Shown here: piece after piece, positions 47,017 through 57,009 of the stretch
Position numbering within the stretch: position 1 is the first letter of the stretch
Layout: each line of letters begins with the position of its first letter
DNA from: Bacteroidales bacterium
GTDB taxonomy: Bacteria; Bacteroidota; Bacteroidia; Bacteroidales; JAIPAP01
DNA: 64,000 bases
Assembly: GCA_021740045.1 (NCBI GenBank)
Contig: JAIPAP010000004.1
Location: 251-64,250 of the forward strand
Direction of reading: 5' to 3'
The notes under the pieces: generated by a model
The model's input: only the letters and a program-made list of their open reading frames with translations
What the model was told of the DNA's origin: nothing
The model's database searches: none
Program-made: the position numbers and the translations under genes

Positions 47017-48162
47017 CTAATACAAACAAAACAAAGAAGCCTCTCCAATAACCAAATTGGAGGTATGAATAAGTGGTGTGGAACGGATGGGATACCCCAT
47101 GCGATGCTTCCATAACATATTACCGGAGAGCGCATCCAGGGCATACAAGTGGCCATCGTCACTACCAAAATAAACAACACCCTGAGAAACTACGGGCGAT
47201 GAATGAACCGACCATTTGGTGAGAAATTTCCATTGCTGTTCGCCGCTATTCATATCCAGGCAATACAGGTGATGATCCTTGGAGCCAAAATAAAGCAGGT
47301 TATCCTTTGAATTAACGGCAGCCGAGGAAAAAATGGCTTCCTTAGCGGCGAACTGCCATTTGATGGTACCTGTATCAAAATCGATGGCATAAAAGGAACC
47401 GTTCAGCGTGCCTGCATAAACGGTGCGCTTATGAATTACAGTTGTTGCATGAATGCCGCTACCTAAATCCGTTTTCCAAACGAGTTCTCCGCCATCGGCA
47501 TCGAAAGCATATAAATTACCATCACGGCTACCAATTATGATGCGATTGTAGAAGGCTGCCGGAGAAGCAATTACCCATTTACCGGTTTTGAACTCCCATT
47601 CTTTATGCCCTGAAAAAGCATCGAGGGCATAAACACGTTTGTCCATTCCGCCAAAATATACCTTTTCGCGATAAACCAAGGGCGATGAGAATATCCAGTC
47701 CCTGGTTTTAAAGGTCCACGCAGGTGCTCCGTTGGAAATATTCAGCGCATACATATGCTTATCGAAACTACCGAAATAGACTTTGTTTTTATGAATGGCT
47801 GCTGTCGATCGCACCTCGCCCAGGGTCTTAAACTTCCAAATCCGGATACCCGTTTCCAGATCGATGGCATGAAAGGCCTTGCTGTCGGAGCCTACATATA
47901 TAATTCCATCTCTCACAACAGCCGAGGCATTTACCGTAGAAAGCTGATGGAATTTCCACCTGACGCCGTGAAGCTCCGAAACGCCACTGTCATGATATTC
48001 GCCTGTACGTTCACAATTACCCCGAAACATCGGTTGGGTATCCCGGATGCCGTCATCGAACTTTTCGAGCAGCTTGTTGGTGACTTCAAGGAAATGGGAA
48101 ACCTCCGTCAGTTCGCGGCTCTCACTGCGACGTATGATGCTCTTATTTTTCCTGGTACTCAT
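47017..48162 (-). CDS. PQQ-like (BamB-type) beta-propeller repeat protein without signal peptide
   Basis: 381 aa with about 7 repeats of the YFGSxDxxLYALDxxxGxxxWxF type. The N-terminus MSTRKNKSIIRRSESRELTEV is hydrophilic. The ATG at 48162 overlaps the upstream gene by 20 nt. Confidence 0.8.
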   Translation of the reverse strand: MSTRKNKSIIRRSESRELTEVSHFLEVTNKLLEKFDDGIRDTQPMFRGNCERTGEYHDSGVSELHGVRWKFHQLSTVNASAVVRDGIIYVGSDSKAFHAIDLETGIRIWKFKTLGEVRSTAAIHKNKVYFGSFDKHMYALNISNGAPAWTFKTRDWIFSSPLVYREKVYFGGMDKRVYALDAFSGHKEWEFKTGKWVIASPAAFYNRIIIGSRDGNLYAFDADGGELVWKTDLGSGIHATTVIHKRTVYAGTLNGSFYAIDFDTGTIKWQFAAKEAIFSSAAVNSKDNLLYFGSKDHHLYCLDMNSGEQQWKFLTKWSVHSSPVVSQGVVYFGSDDGHLYALDALSGNMLWKHRMGYPIRSTPLIHTSNLVIGEASLFCLY

Positions 48163-49066
48163 TTTCCAGCCGGGTCAATTGCTTTTCAAATTCTTTTTTC
48201 AGCCGCTCGAAATAGCGGTCCCAATCCTCGAGGGATTGAATGGTCCGATATACCTCCGTTAGCTTCAGTTGTTCGATCTCTTTCTGCAGTTGATCCACTT
48301 CCGATCGGAGTTTCTGCACATTGGCTTCCAGCTTTTGCTTTTGAGAGATCGATTGCGACTTATGACCAAATTGAAAATTCTCGCTTTCCAGTTGCTTCAG
48401 GATTTCTTCCACCGTTTCAAGATCATTGCTGAAATAGGCATCGTTTAATTGAGCAAAAAGCTCCGCTGCATGCTCTTCCAGTTCTTCCGAAACAATGTCG
48501 GGATGACACAGCTTACTGGCTTTCCGGAACATCTGCTGAAGCTTGCGCCGCTTCTCTTCCGGTAATTGATTGCGCTTTTCCTTTTGAATATTGGTAGAGG
48601 ATTGATCAAACTTTTCCTTATCGTCTTTGGCTTCCTCGTATTCCTCAGCTTTTTCGGGGCTTTCATCTTTTTCGAGGAATAAGAGTTCCTGCCTTAGCTC
48701 AAGTATTTTGCTCATGATGGGGCCGACTTCCTGATGATAACGCAACCGGAATTGACTGATCAAATGGCTGATCTCCGCATGCTTGATGAAAAGTACCGAC
48801 AAACGGGTTTCCAGTAAGCTGCTTTCGGTTCGTAGTCCCTGAAGGTCAACATTGCTACTGAGCTCGGGCAGTTCAACAGTATTTCGAAGATGATCGACGG
48901 TTTCCAAAGCCTCTTCAGCACAGCAATTCCGCAGCTTACTGATCAGTTTCTTATTCGATGCACTGATTTTTTCGGATTGCTCAAGAGCCTTAACCTCAAG
49001 TTCCAGTTCATTATGATCACCCTCCCTGATAAGCTTTTCAAGAAGATCGAGTCGCTTTTTCCGCAT
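48143..49066 (-). CDS. J-domain (DnaJ-like) coiled-coil protein
   Basis: 307 aa with a central J-domain-like segment RRKLQQMFRKASKLCHPDIVSEELEEHAAELFAQLNDAYFSNDLETVEEI carrying the HPD tripeptide. It is flanked by Glu/Lys/Leu-rich coiled-coil sequence. Confidence 0.7.
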   Translation of the reverse strand: MRKKRLDLLEKLIREGDHNELELEVKALEQSEKISASNKKLISKLRNCCAEEALETVDHLRNTVELPELSSNVDLQGLRTESSLLETRLSVLFIKHAEISHLISQFRLRYHQEVGPIMSKILELRQELLFLEKDESPEKAEEYEEAKDDKEKFDQSSTNIQKEKRNQLPEEKRRKLQQMFRKASKLCHPDIVSEELEEHAAELFAQLNDAYFSNDLETVEEILKQLESENFQFGHKSQSISQKQKLEANVQKLRSEVDQLQKEIEQLKLTEVYRTIQSLEDWDRYFERLKKEFEKQLTRLENEYQEK

Positions 49067-49117
49067 TCAAGCTGAGTATCTGTTTGTCTTTACAATTAAC
49101 GCCCAAAAACAGGTTTC

Positions 49118-50755
49118 TTATTGTTTTTTGTAAACCATCTCTCCCGCCGAAAAAGTCTTCAACACTTGGGCACCGGGTACTTTATCGATATCAACCTCCA
49201 TAATATCGCGGTCCAAGATCACAAAATCGGCCCATTTACCCTTTTCAATACTACCTTTTTCATTTTCTTCAAACGATCCTTTCGCCGCCCAAATGGTCAT
49301 GGAACGAAGGGTTTCCTCCCTGTTCAGGGCGTTCTCCATTTGGAAGCCGTTTTCGGGATAGCCATCCAGGTCTTTTCGGGCAATGGCTGCGTAAAACGTA
49401 TGCAAGGGATTGATATTTTCGATGGGAAAATCGGTTCCCATCGGTAACCATCCGTTTTGCTCCAGGAGGTCTTTTAAGGCATATGCCCCTTTTAACCGCT
49501 CTGGGCCAATGCGGTCACCGGCCCAGTACATATCCGATGTGGCATGGGTCGATTGCATGGAAGGGATCACATTGTATTCCCCGAATTTATCAAAATCATC
49601 GGGATGCACAATCTGGGCATGCTCAATACGCCAGCGGCGATCATTATCTTTGTCCAAAATGTCTCCATAAATTTCCAGGAGCAAGCGCGTGGCCGAATCA
49701 CCAATCGCATGTATGTTCAACTGGTAGTTATGTTCATAAACCCGTTGGGCCACTTCTCTAATGTGACCCGGTTCATTCACAAGAATTCCTGTGTTATCCG
49801 GATCATCATTATAAGGCTCTATCAGCTTAGCGCCGCGTGATCCCAGGGCACCGTCGGCATACATCTTTACAGAATGTACGTGCAGCCGGTTAGTTTTATA
49901 TACACCTTTTTCCATAAAGGCCTTGAAGTTCTCCTCATTAGCCGAAAGCATCGCATCAATACGCATTTTAAGCTTCCCTTGCTGGTGCATTGAATCAATC
50001 AGGTTGATCACTTCCTTATGCAATCCAGCATCCATCACAGAAGTCAGGCCCACGGCAAAGCAGTTTTCCTGGGCCTCGAGCAAGGCTTTGGTTTGGGTTT
50101 TAATGTCGGGATCAGGGATCAGGTCTTTAAATCGGTCGGCGGTATTTTCGAGGAAAACGCCGGTAAACTCCCCGTCTTCTATAATGGCCTCCCCTTTGGG
50201 AAATTCATCATTTACGCTAATCCCCAATCGCTCAATGGCTTCGGAGTTGACCACCACGGCGTGTCCGTCGATGCGGATGAGGATAACAGCTGTATTGGGA
50301 AACATCTTATCCAATGGTTCTTTATTGGGGAATGCCTTATTCTCCCAGTCATTCTGATCCCAGCCCCGGCCCACCAGCCATTCGCCGGGATGATCTTTAT
50401 GGTGTTCCTGTAATATGTCCGTGATTTCCTTAAAGGAATTGGTCCCAACAAGGTCAGCATGTTGCAGTCCCAGGCCATATCCATATAAATGGCAATGCGC
50501 ATCATAAAACCCGGGATAAACAGGCTTATTTTCAGCATCAATAATTTGATCCGAATGATATTCCGATAAAATATCCTCATTGCTGCCAACAGCCACAAAC
50601 TTACCGTCATTCACGACAAAGGCTTCAGCTTTGGAAAATGCTTTATCAACAGTATACACCTTAGCATTCTTAACGATCAAATCGGCCGGTTTCTTCATAG
50701 GCTTGCACGCAATTAATGTGGTGATTAAGACAAATAAAGCTGTTCTTGTGTTCAT
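49118..50755 (-). CDS. Amidohydrolase (Amidohydro_3/YtcJ-like), lipoprotein
   Basis: I prefer the ATG at 50755 (MNTRTALFVLITTLIACK). Metal-ligand motifs are PGFYDAHCHLYG, IHAIGD and IEHAQIV, plus the C-terminal GSIEKGKWADFVILD. Confidence 0.85.
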   Translation of the reverse strand: MNTRTALFVLITTLIACKPMKKPADLIVKNAKVYTVDKAFSKAEAFVVNDGKFVAVGSNEDILSEYHSDQIIDAENKPVYPGFYDAHCHLYGYGLGLQHADLVGTNSFKEITDILQEHHKDHPGEWLVGRGWDQNDWENKAFPNKEPLDKMFPNTAVILIRIDGHAVVVNSEAIERLGISVNDEFPKGEAIIEDGEFTGVFLENTADRFKDLIPDPDIKTQTKALLEAQENCFAVGLTSVMDAGLHKEVINLIDSMHQQGKLKMRIDAMLSANEENFKAFMEKGVYKTNRLHVHSVKMYADGALGSRGAKLIEPYNDDPDNTGILVNEPGHIREVAQRVYEHNYQLNIHAIGDSATRLLLEIYGDILDKDNDRRWRIEHAQIVHPDDFDKFGEYNVIPSMQSTHATSDMYWAGDRIGPERLKGAYALKDLLEQNGWLPMGTDFPIENINPLHTFYAAIARKDLDGYPENGFQMENALNREETLRSMTIWAAKGSFEENEKGSIEKGKWADFVILDRDIMEVDIDKVPGAQVLKTFSAGEMVYKKQ

Positions 50756-50884
50756 TTTTCCGCTTTTTGTGCAAAGATATTTATTAACAAACAACGGTTT
50801 ATAATTTTTAAGGGTATGCCCGATCATCTCCTGATAATTTTTTACATTTGCCTTCGAACCTTGAGAACCGATAAGAAAATAGTT

Positions 50885-51409
50885 ATGAAAGATAAGATAT
50901 TGACAACAAGACTTTTGGCCATAGCAGGATTAATCTTTTTTGCCGCTTTTATGCGACTCATCCCTCATTGGCCCAATTTTACGCCGGTAGCGGCCATTGC
51001 ACTATTCGGTGGCACCTATGTGAAGCGCAGGGAGCTGGCATATCTCATCCCAATCATTGCTTTGTTCATTAGTGATGCCATAATCGGTTTTCATCAAAAT
51101 ATGCTGGCGGTATACATTAGCTTTGTGGCTATTGTATTCATGGGAACTTTCTTACGCAATAAAGTAAAAGTGCACAACGTAATCGGTGCTTCGCTAGCCT
51201 CATCCGTTTTATTTTTCCTGGTAACCAACTTTGCGGTATGGCTTACCAGCCCGATTTACGCGGCTAACTCCGGAGGTTTGGTTGCTTCGTATTTCGCCGG
51301 ATTGCCGTTCTTTTACAATGGTCTTTTAGGCAATTTGTTCTACACTGGAATAATATTCGGTGGCTTTTATTTGTTATCAGCAAAAGTACCGAAACTACAA
51401 AAAGCCTAA
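50885..51409 (+). CDS. Polytopic membrane protein (DUF6580-like, putative transporter component; weak family call)
   Basis: I prefer the ATG at 50885 (MKDKILTTRLLAIAGLIFFAAFMRLIPHWPNFTPVAAIALFGG...). It has 5-6 TM helices. Confidence 0.6.
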   Translation: MKDKILTTRLLAIAGLIFFAAFMRLIPHWPNFTPVAAIALFGGTYVKRRELAYLIPIIALFISDAIIGFHQNMLAVYISFVAIVFMGTFLRNKVKVHNVIGASLASSVLFFLVTNFAVWLTSPIYAANSGGLVASYFAGLPFFYNGLLGNLFYTGIIFGGFYLLSAKVPKLQKA

Positions 51410-51457
51410 GTTTCGCTAAATTATAACTAAATCATAACTAAATCTTCACTACTTGCA

Positions 51458-51484
51458 AAAGCCCCGTTGAGGGGCTTTTTTTTT
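51458..51484 (+). terminator. Rho-independent terminator
   Basis: AGCCCC-gttga-GGGGCT followed by a run of 9 T, about 50 nt after the stop at 51409. Confidence 0.75.
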
Positions 51485-51620
51485 GCATAAGCGGATGTGT
51501 AATCCGTTTACGATTGGTTTAGTGGCGCGGATTGTTAATCCACTCCAGCTACAGTGAATGCGATAGCTAACCCGAAAGTTGAGAACGAACATTTTGCTTG
51601 AGCGGATTTGAGATCCACTC
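51481..51620. repeat. Three degenerate tandem copies of the GCGGATTTGTAATCCGC-type hairpin unit
   Basis: The copies are TTTTGCATAAGCGGATGTGTAATCCGTTT (51481-51509), GCGCGGATTGTTAATCCACTC (~51525-51545) and TTTTGCTTGAGCGGATTTGAGATCCACTC (51592-51620). Confidence 0.65.
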
Positions 51621-52294
51621 ATTAAGGCACAAGGCATAAAATACCAATCCGGACCGGTTAAGGGTAGGCAGATATTCAACCGAATTGTTTGACTACAAAT
51701 CATTTCACGAAAAATCCTATAAAAGTTTCTTAAAAAGTGCTACCCTATTCTTCCTATTTTCTTATCCACCATATACACTCATACACTAAAATTTAAAGAA
51801 AACTTAACATACGGATCTTTTTGGTACTGTTAGGCTTTATCATCCTGAATAATTCCTTTATTTTCAGTGCAACCTATATTATTTAGACAAGGTTAGAACA
51901 TAATGCCTAAATACATTGTTATTATAAATAGCTGATTTTGAATTTTTAACTAAATGTTCAAAAGACATTGCTATTTGTCGTATAAATTGTATGTTTGCAA
52001 CCGATTAAAGAACATAATAAAATAAGGTACCGAACATGGAGTTTTTAGAATTAATATTAAATATCATGCGATCCGGAAAGCATAGAAGTTTTTGTTCTAG
52101 CTCATACTCAATGGATTACATCCTTACCGGTATCTTCAGATGCAGTTTTATCACTTGCATTAAACCCCAGGTTATCGTTATATAGGGGCCTTCTCGCACG
52201 ACTGTCGCACATTTATCGAAAGACTTCAAAGCTCAATAAAGATTTAGTCTGGATTGCAATTACAATTTTATAATGCACTAAATACAAGCTAAAT

Positions 52295-55200
52295 ATGACA
52301 TTTAGGGACGTACTTAAAAAAGCAATATTAGTACTTGATGGCGCTTTTGGAACTATGGTTCAACAGAAACGACTTGATGAGGTTGCCTATAGAGGCGATC
52401 TTTTTACGAATCATCCTTGCCCGCTCTATGGATGTAACGATGTTCTGAACCTGTCCCAACCCGGTTTGGTACGTTCCCTTTATAAAGATTACCTTACTGC
52501 CGGGGCGAATATCATAAAAACAAACACATTTAATTCTACACCATATGGCTTACAGGAATATCAACTGGGCGATTATACCGGAAGAATAAACTCTGCCGCG
52601 GTAAGACTTGCCCGGCAGGCTGTTGATGACATCTCGCAACAAAATCCAACTAAACCCATATTTATTGCCGGTGTAATCGGCCCTACCAATAAAACCGCCT
52701 CTATATCTCCAAAGGTTAGCCAACCCGGTTACAGGGATGTAAATTTTGATAATTTGTACAGAAACTATTATCAACAGGTTGAGGCTCTGGGAAATGCTGG
52801 TATTGATTTGTTCCTGGTTGAGACCATATTCGACACCATTAATGCTAAAGCCGCGCTAAACGCGATAAACAGATACTTAAAAGATACCGGGAAGGACATC
52901 CCGGTAATGATCTCGTTAACCATCACTGACGCTAGTGGCCGAACATTAACCGGTCAGACTTTGGAAGCTTTCACTTATTCAATCCTGCAATTCAGCCCGG
53001 TTTCTATCGGGTTGAATTGCTCTTTTGGAGCTGAAAAACTCCTGCCCTACCTTGAAAAGCTATCGGACATTGTACCTACCTACGTAAGCGCCCATCCCAA
53101 TGCCGGCCTTCCCAACGAAGTTGGCGAGTACGATCAGTCAGCCCGGGAAATGGCAGATATGATGGAGAAATATTTACAAAAGGGATTGGTCAATATTATT
53201 GGCGGATGTTGCGGTAGTACACCCAAACATATAGCAGCCATCGCCGAAAAGGCAAGCCAATATGCACCCCGCGAATTACCGGTTATTAAACCCAACACCA
53301 TACTTAGCGGACTGGAACCGCTGGTTATTAATCAAAAGGCAGGATTCATCAAAATTAGTGAGCGGACAAATGTAATGGGGTCACGGAAATTTCTGCGACT
53401 TATACGCGGGGAAAAATATGAGGAAGCACTTTCTATTGCCCGCCAGCAGGTTGACTCAGGAGCCCATATGATCAATATTAACCTCGATGAAGGAATGATC
53501 AATGCCTCGGATGTGATGCCGAAGATATTGAATCTATTGATGTCGGAACCCGAAATAGCCCGTGTTCCGGTAATGATCGATTCTTCAAAATTCGAAGTAC
53601 TTGAAGAAGGTTTGAAATGCCTTCCCGGAAAATCGATAGTCAACTCCCTTAGCCTGAAAGACGGTGAGCCGGAATTCATACGTAAAGCCGGCCGCATAAA
53701 AGAGCTGGGAGCAGCATTGGTGGTCATGGCTTTTGATGAAAAAGGACAAGCTGCTGATTATCAGCGAAAAATTGAAATATGTGAGCGAGCATATCAAATC
53801 CTGGTCCATAAAGTAGGGATCTCGCCTTATGATATCATTTTCGATCCCAATGTATTAACAGTAGCTACCGGTATTGAAGAACATAATAATTATGCTCGCG
53901 ACTTTCTTAAAGCAGTACAATGGATCAAAGCCCATCTTCCCGGCGCTAAGGTAAGCGGTGGCGTTAGTAATGTATCGTTTGCCCTTAGAGGAAATGACAT
54001 GGTGCGTGATGCGATGAACTCCATATTTGTGCACCTGGCTCAAAATGCCGGCATGGATATGGGCATTGTAAATCCGGGAAAAATTCTTTCTTATAATAAA
54101 ATCCCTAACGATCTGCGAGAAGCTATAGAAGATGTCCTGCTTAACAGCGATAGCGAGGCTACCGATCGCTTAACCGATTTGGCCCGTAAGTACAAAGGTG
54201 CCAAATCCGAACAACAATCCAATCACAACCAATGGCGCCGGAAGAAAACCGCTGACAAGCTTAGCTATGCCTTGGAACGCGGCATAAATGATTATCTCCA
54301 GAATGATTTGGATGAAATGATGGCCGAGGTGGACAATCCGCTCACAATAATTGAAGGACCATTGATGCAAGGCATGAACAAAGTGGGCGAACTTTTCGGA
54401 GAGGGCGAAATGTTTCTTCCCCAGGTGGTAAAGAGTGCCCGCACTATGAAGCAAGCCGTATCCATCCTGATGCCTCATATTTTAAATGGTGAAAATGCCA
54501 CTAAGGCTACCAATAATGGAAAAATATTGTTGGCCACTGTTCAAGGCGATGTTCATGACATTGGTAAAAATATACTGGCCCTTATCCTTCAGTGTAACAA
54601 TTACGAAGTGATCGATTTGGGGGTAATGGTTACAAATGAGAAGATCATGGAAGCCATAAAAACAGAAAATCCCGATATAGTAGGTGTTAGCGGATTGATT
54701 ACGCCCTCATTGGAACATATGGAGAGCCTGGCTGAAAATATGGAAAAGCAACAGCTTAACATACCCTTACTATTGGGCGGAGCAACCACTTCAACCATTC
54801 ATACTGCTGTAAAAGTGGCCCCCAAATATTCGGGTATAACTGTTCAAGTGCCCGATGCATCCCAAAGCATCAATATCGTGAACAGGCTGTTAGGTAATGG
54901 TCACGGGGAATTTAAGAAAAGCATCAGGAATGAACAGCAACAAATACTGGCCAATTATCAAACCCGTAAAAAAGGAAAACGTAAATTTCTCTCTATACGG
55001 GAAGCACGTGATAAGCGACTAAAAACCAACTGGGAAGAAAGCCCTGCCAAAAAACCCCATTTTATCGGGACCAAAATATTTACCGATTATCCCCTGGAGC
55101 AACTGGTGGACTACATTGACTGGACTCCATTTTTCCATGGCTGGGGCATGAAAGGGGTGTTCCCTTCCATTCTTGAAAAAGAAAAAGTAGGCGAATCGGC

Positions 55201-55975
55201 CACACGGATTTTTGAGGAAGGCAAAGCTATGCTCCGGGAGATGATTGCCAAGAAGATGCTGAACCCCAAAGGGATCATCGGATTATATCCGGCAAACAGC
55301 AAAGGCGACGATATCATTATTTATAAGGATGATACCCGGCAGGAAGTCCTTGATATCCTTCCTATGCTGCGTCAGCAGGAGCTGAGGGATAAAACGGGTA
55401 AATGCCTCTCATTGAGTGATTATATCGCCCCGGCCGAAACCGGTAAAAAAGACTACATCGGCACTTTTGCCGTAACCGCCGGTCATGAAACCGAAGAACA
55501 TGTAAAAGCATTTAAGGAAGCTGGCGACAGCTACAACAGTATCATGTTCAGGTTACTGGCCGACCGGCTTACCGAGGCATTTGCCGAGTTGCTGCACCTG
55601 AAAGTCCGTAAGGACTATTGGGGCTACGATCCGGATGAAAACCTGGACAAGCAGGAGCTTTTCAAGGAAAAATTCCAGGGCATACGCCCAGCTCCAGGCT
55701 ATCCTGCCTGCCCGGATCATACCCTGAAAAAACACCTCTTCGATTTGCTCGAGGTAGAACAAAACATTGGCATCTCCCTTACGGAGAGTTTTGCCATGAA
55801 CCCGGCCAGTTCGATAACCGGTCTTTTCATCGCTCACAATGAATCAAGGTATTTTGGTGTGGGTAAAGTTAGCAAAGACCAAGTGGAGGACTACGCCAAA
55901 CGCAAAAAGCTGAACATCCGGGAAGCTGAGAAATGGCTGGAACCGGTGCTCAGCTATAAATCAAAAGACATATAA
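52295..55975 (+). CDS. metH: Cobalamin-dependent methionine synthase, full length
   Basis: 1226 aa with a homocysteine-binding domain (GGCCGSTPKHI), a pterin-binding domain, a B12-binding domain (GDVHDIGKNI) and the C-terminal AdoMet-binding reactivation domain. Confidence 0.95.
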   Translation: MTFRDVLKKAILVLDGAFGTMVQQKRLDEVAYRGDLFTNHPCPLYGCNDVLNLSQPGLVRSLYKDYLTAGANIIKTNTFNSTPYGLQEYQLGDYTGRINSAAVRLARQAVDDISQQNPTKPIFIAGVIGPTNKTASISPKVSQPGYRDVNFDNLYRNYYQQVEALGNAGIDLFLVETIFDTINAKAALNAINRYLKDTGKDIPVMISLTITDASGRTLTGQTLEAFTYSILQFSPVSIGLNCSFGAEKLLPYLEKLSDIVPTYVSAHPNAGLPNEVGEYDQSAREMADMMEKYLQKGLVNIIGGCCGSTPKHIAAIAEKASQYAPRELPVIKPNTILSGLEPLVINQKAGFIKISERTNVMGSRKFLRLIRGEKYEEALSIARQQVDSGAHMININLDEGMINASDVMPKILNLLMSEPEIARVPVMIDSSKFEVLEEGLKCLPGKSIVNSLSLKDGEPEFIRKAGRIKELGAALVVMAFDEKGQAADYQRKIEICERAYQILVHKVGISPYDIIFDPNVLTVATGIEEHNNYARDFLKAVQWIKAHLPGAKVSGGVSNVSFALRGNDMVRDAMNSIFVHLAQNAGMDMGIVNPGKILSYNKIPNDLREAIEDVLLNSDSEATDRLTDLARKYKGAKSEQQSNHNQWRRKKTADKLSYALERGINDYLQNDLDEMMAEVDNPLTIIEGPLMQGMNKVGELFGEGEMFLPQVVKSARTMKQAVSILMPHILNGENATKATNNGKILLATVQGDVHDIGKNILALILQCNNYEVIDLGVMVTNEKIMEAIKTENPDIVGVSGLITPSLEHMESLAENMEKQQLNIPLLLGGATTSTIHTAVKVAPKYSGITVQVPDASQSINIVNRLLGNGHGEFKKSIRNEQQQILANYQTRKKGKRKFLSIREARDKRLKTNWEESPAKKPHFIGTKIFTDYPLEQLVDYIDWTPFFHGWGMKGVFPSILEKEKVGESATRIFEEGKAMLREMIAKKMLNPKGIIGLYPANSKGDDIIIYKDDTRQEVLDILPMLRQQELRDKTGKCLSLSDYIAPAETGKKDYIGTFAVTAGHETEEHVKAFKEAGDSYNSIMFRLLADRLTEAFAELLHLKVRKDYWGYDPDENLDKQELFKEKFQGIRPAPGYPACPDHTLKKHLFDLLEVEQNIGISLTESFAMNPASSITGLFIAHNESRYFGVGKVSKDQVEDYAKRKKLNIREAEKWLEPVLSYKSKDI

Positions 55976-56004
55976 TAGTTCTGGAACCCTGAAAAACGTT
56001 AACC

Positions 56005-56934
56005 ATGAGAATAACAGACATCTTTAAAAAACAACAACGAACCTTTTCATTCGAGTTCTTTCCGCCCCGGAATTTCGATTCGGCGGTAAGATTCGGTATT
56101 AATTCCGGCCAGCTAATGAAGTTAAACCCTTCATTTGTAACAGTTACCTATGGAGCCGGAGGAGGAACCCAGGAACGCACATTCGACCTGGTAAACTTAT
56201 TCCAAAATCAGCTCGATTTTACCTGTATGGCCCATTACACCTGCGTTAATGCGGTAAAAGAAAAAATCGCATACGATATGCGCATTTTACAGGATATGGG
56301 TATAGAAAATGTGATGTTGCTAAGAGGCGATCCTCCAAAAAATGAAACCCACATCGATCCCAATCCCGATGGTTTTGACCATGCCAGTGACCTCATCCGC
56401 TTTGTGCGGGAAAACTATAACTTCGATATAGGCGCCGGAGCCTATCCAGAGGGTCATGTGGAAGCGCCTAATATGGATGAGGACCTGATCAATCTCAGGA
56501 TTAAGGTTGATTCGGGAGCCGATTTTTTGGTAACCCAGATGTTCTTCGATAACAAATATTATTGGGATTTCATGGACCGGGCTGAAAAGGTGGGAATTAA
56601 ATGCCGCATCATTCCGGGTATCATCCCCATTAACAATTACCGGCAAATCAAAAACTTTGCAAAAATCTCCGGCGCCACCATTCCTCAGCAGATCATAAAA
56701 CGGATGGAACCCTACAAGAACAGTCCCAACGAAGTCTATAAGATAGGTTTGGAACTGGCCATTAATCAAGCCCGCGACCTGCTTGATAATGGAGCCCCGG
56801 GCATCCATATTTATACCCTTAATAAGTCAAGGGCAGCTATTGAGATGTATGAATGTCTTTCGAAAGATTACAAGGAGATCAAATCCAATTTCGAAAAAAG
56901 CTGTTCCCCGCATCTTCCTGCATCCGCTTATTAA
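56005..56934 (+). CDS. metF: 5,10-methylenetetrahydrofolate reductase
   Basis: 309 aa with FSFEFFPP, VTYGAGGGT, LRGDPP, ADFLVTQMFFD and a typical TIM-barrel layout. Confidence 0.9.
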   Translation: MRITDIFKKQQRTFSFEFFPPRNFDSAVRFGINSGQLMKLNPSFVTVTYGAGGGTQERTFDLVNLFQNQLDFTCMAHYTCVNAVKEKIAYDMRILQDMGIENVMLLRGDPPKNETHIDPNPDGFDHASDLIRFVRENYNFDIGAGAYPEGHVEAPNMDEDLINLRIKVDSGADFLVTQMFFDNKYYWDFMDRAEKVGIKCRIIPGIIPINNYRQIKNFAKISGATIPQQIIKRMEPYKNSPNEVYKIGLELAINQARDLLDNGAPGIHIYTLNKSRAAIEMYECLSKDYKEIKSNFEKSCSPHLPASAY

Positions 56935-57009
56935 GCCGGATGAGTCGCTAAATTTAGCATCATGATTTTTATAAACAAACATTACAAATAAACAGAAGGA
57001 GTAAACATT

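Noticed and set aside
47755-48432. 225-aa plus-strand ORF, and other long antisense ORFs (60244-60861, 56320-56808, 57238-57684, 7159-7680, 5927-6361, 1970-2392)
   Set aside because: All are embedded antisense to genes with strong family signatures and have no motifs of their own. I treat them as shadow ORFs.
50843-50850. TACATTTG as a -7 promoter box for the 50885 membrane-protein gene
   Set aside because: No TTTG at the expected -33 distance, and it lies only about 35 nt from the ATG. The support is too weak to list as a feature.
52036-52185. 49-codon upstream ORF as a regulatory leader peptide for metH
   Set aside because: It is not Met- or Cys-rich in a way that suggests attenuation, has no obvious ribosome-binding context, and its conservation cannot be tested here. 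It is mentioned under the leader finding only.
51990-52294. SAM or cobalamin riboswitch in the metH leader
   Set aside because: I could not find the conserved cores by eye, for example the cobalamin B12-box GCCACTG or the SAM-I GAGGGA/GCAACC pattern. It is reported only as an unexplained long leader that needs an Infernal scan.
56995-57001. Strong Shine-Dalgarno sequences (GAAGGAG before the corrinoid gene, AGGAG before the pterin methyltransferase) as evidence of horizontal transfer from Firmicutes
   Set aside because: An equally strong AGGAGG precedes the DUF4382 gene (around 9593-9600, minus strand). SD-like sites are therefore not unique to this operon, and the argument is too weak without codon or phylogenetic analysis.
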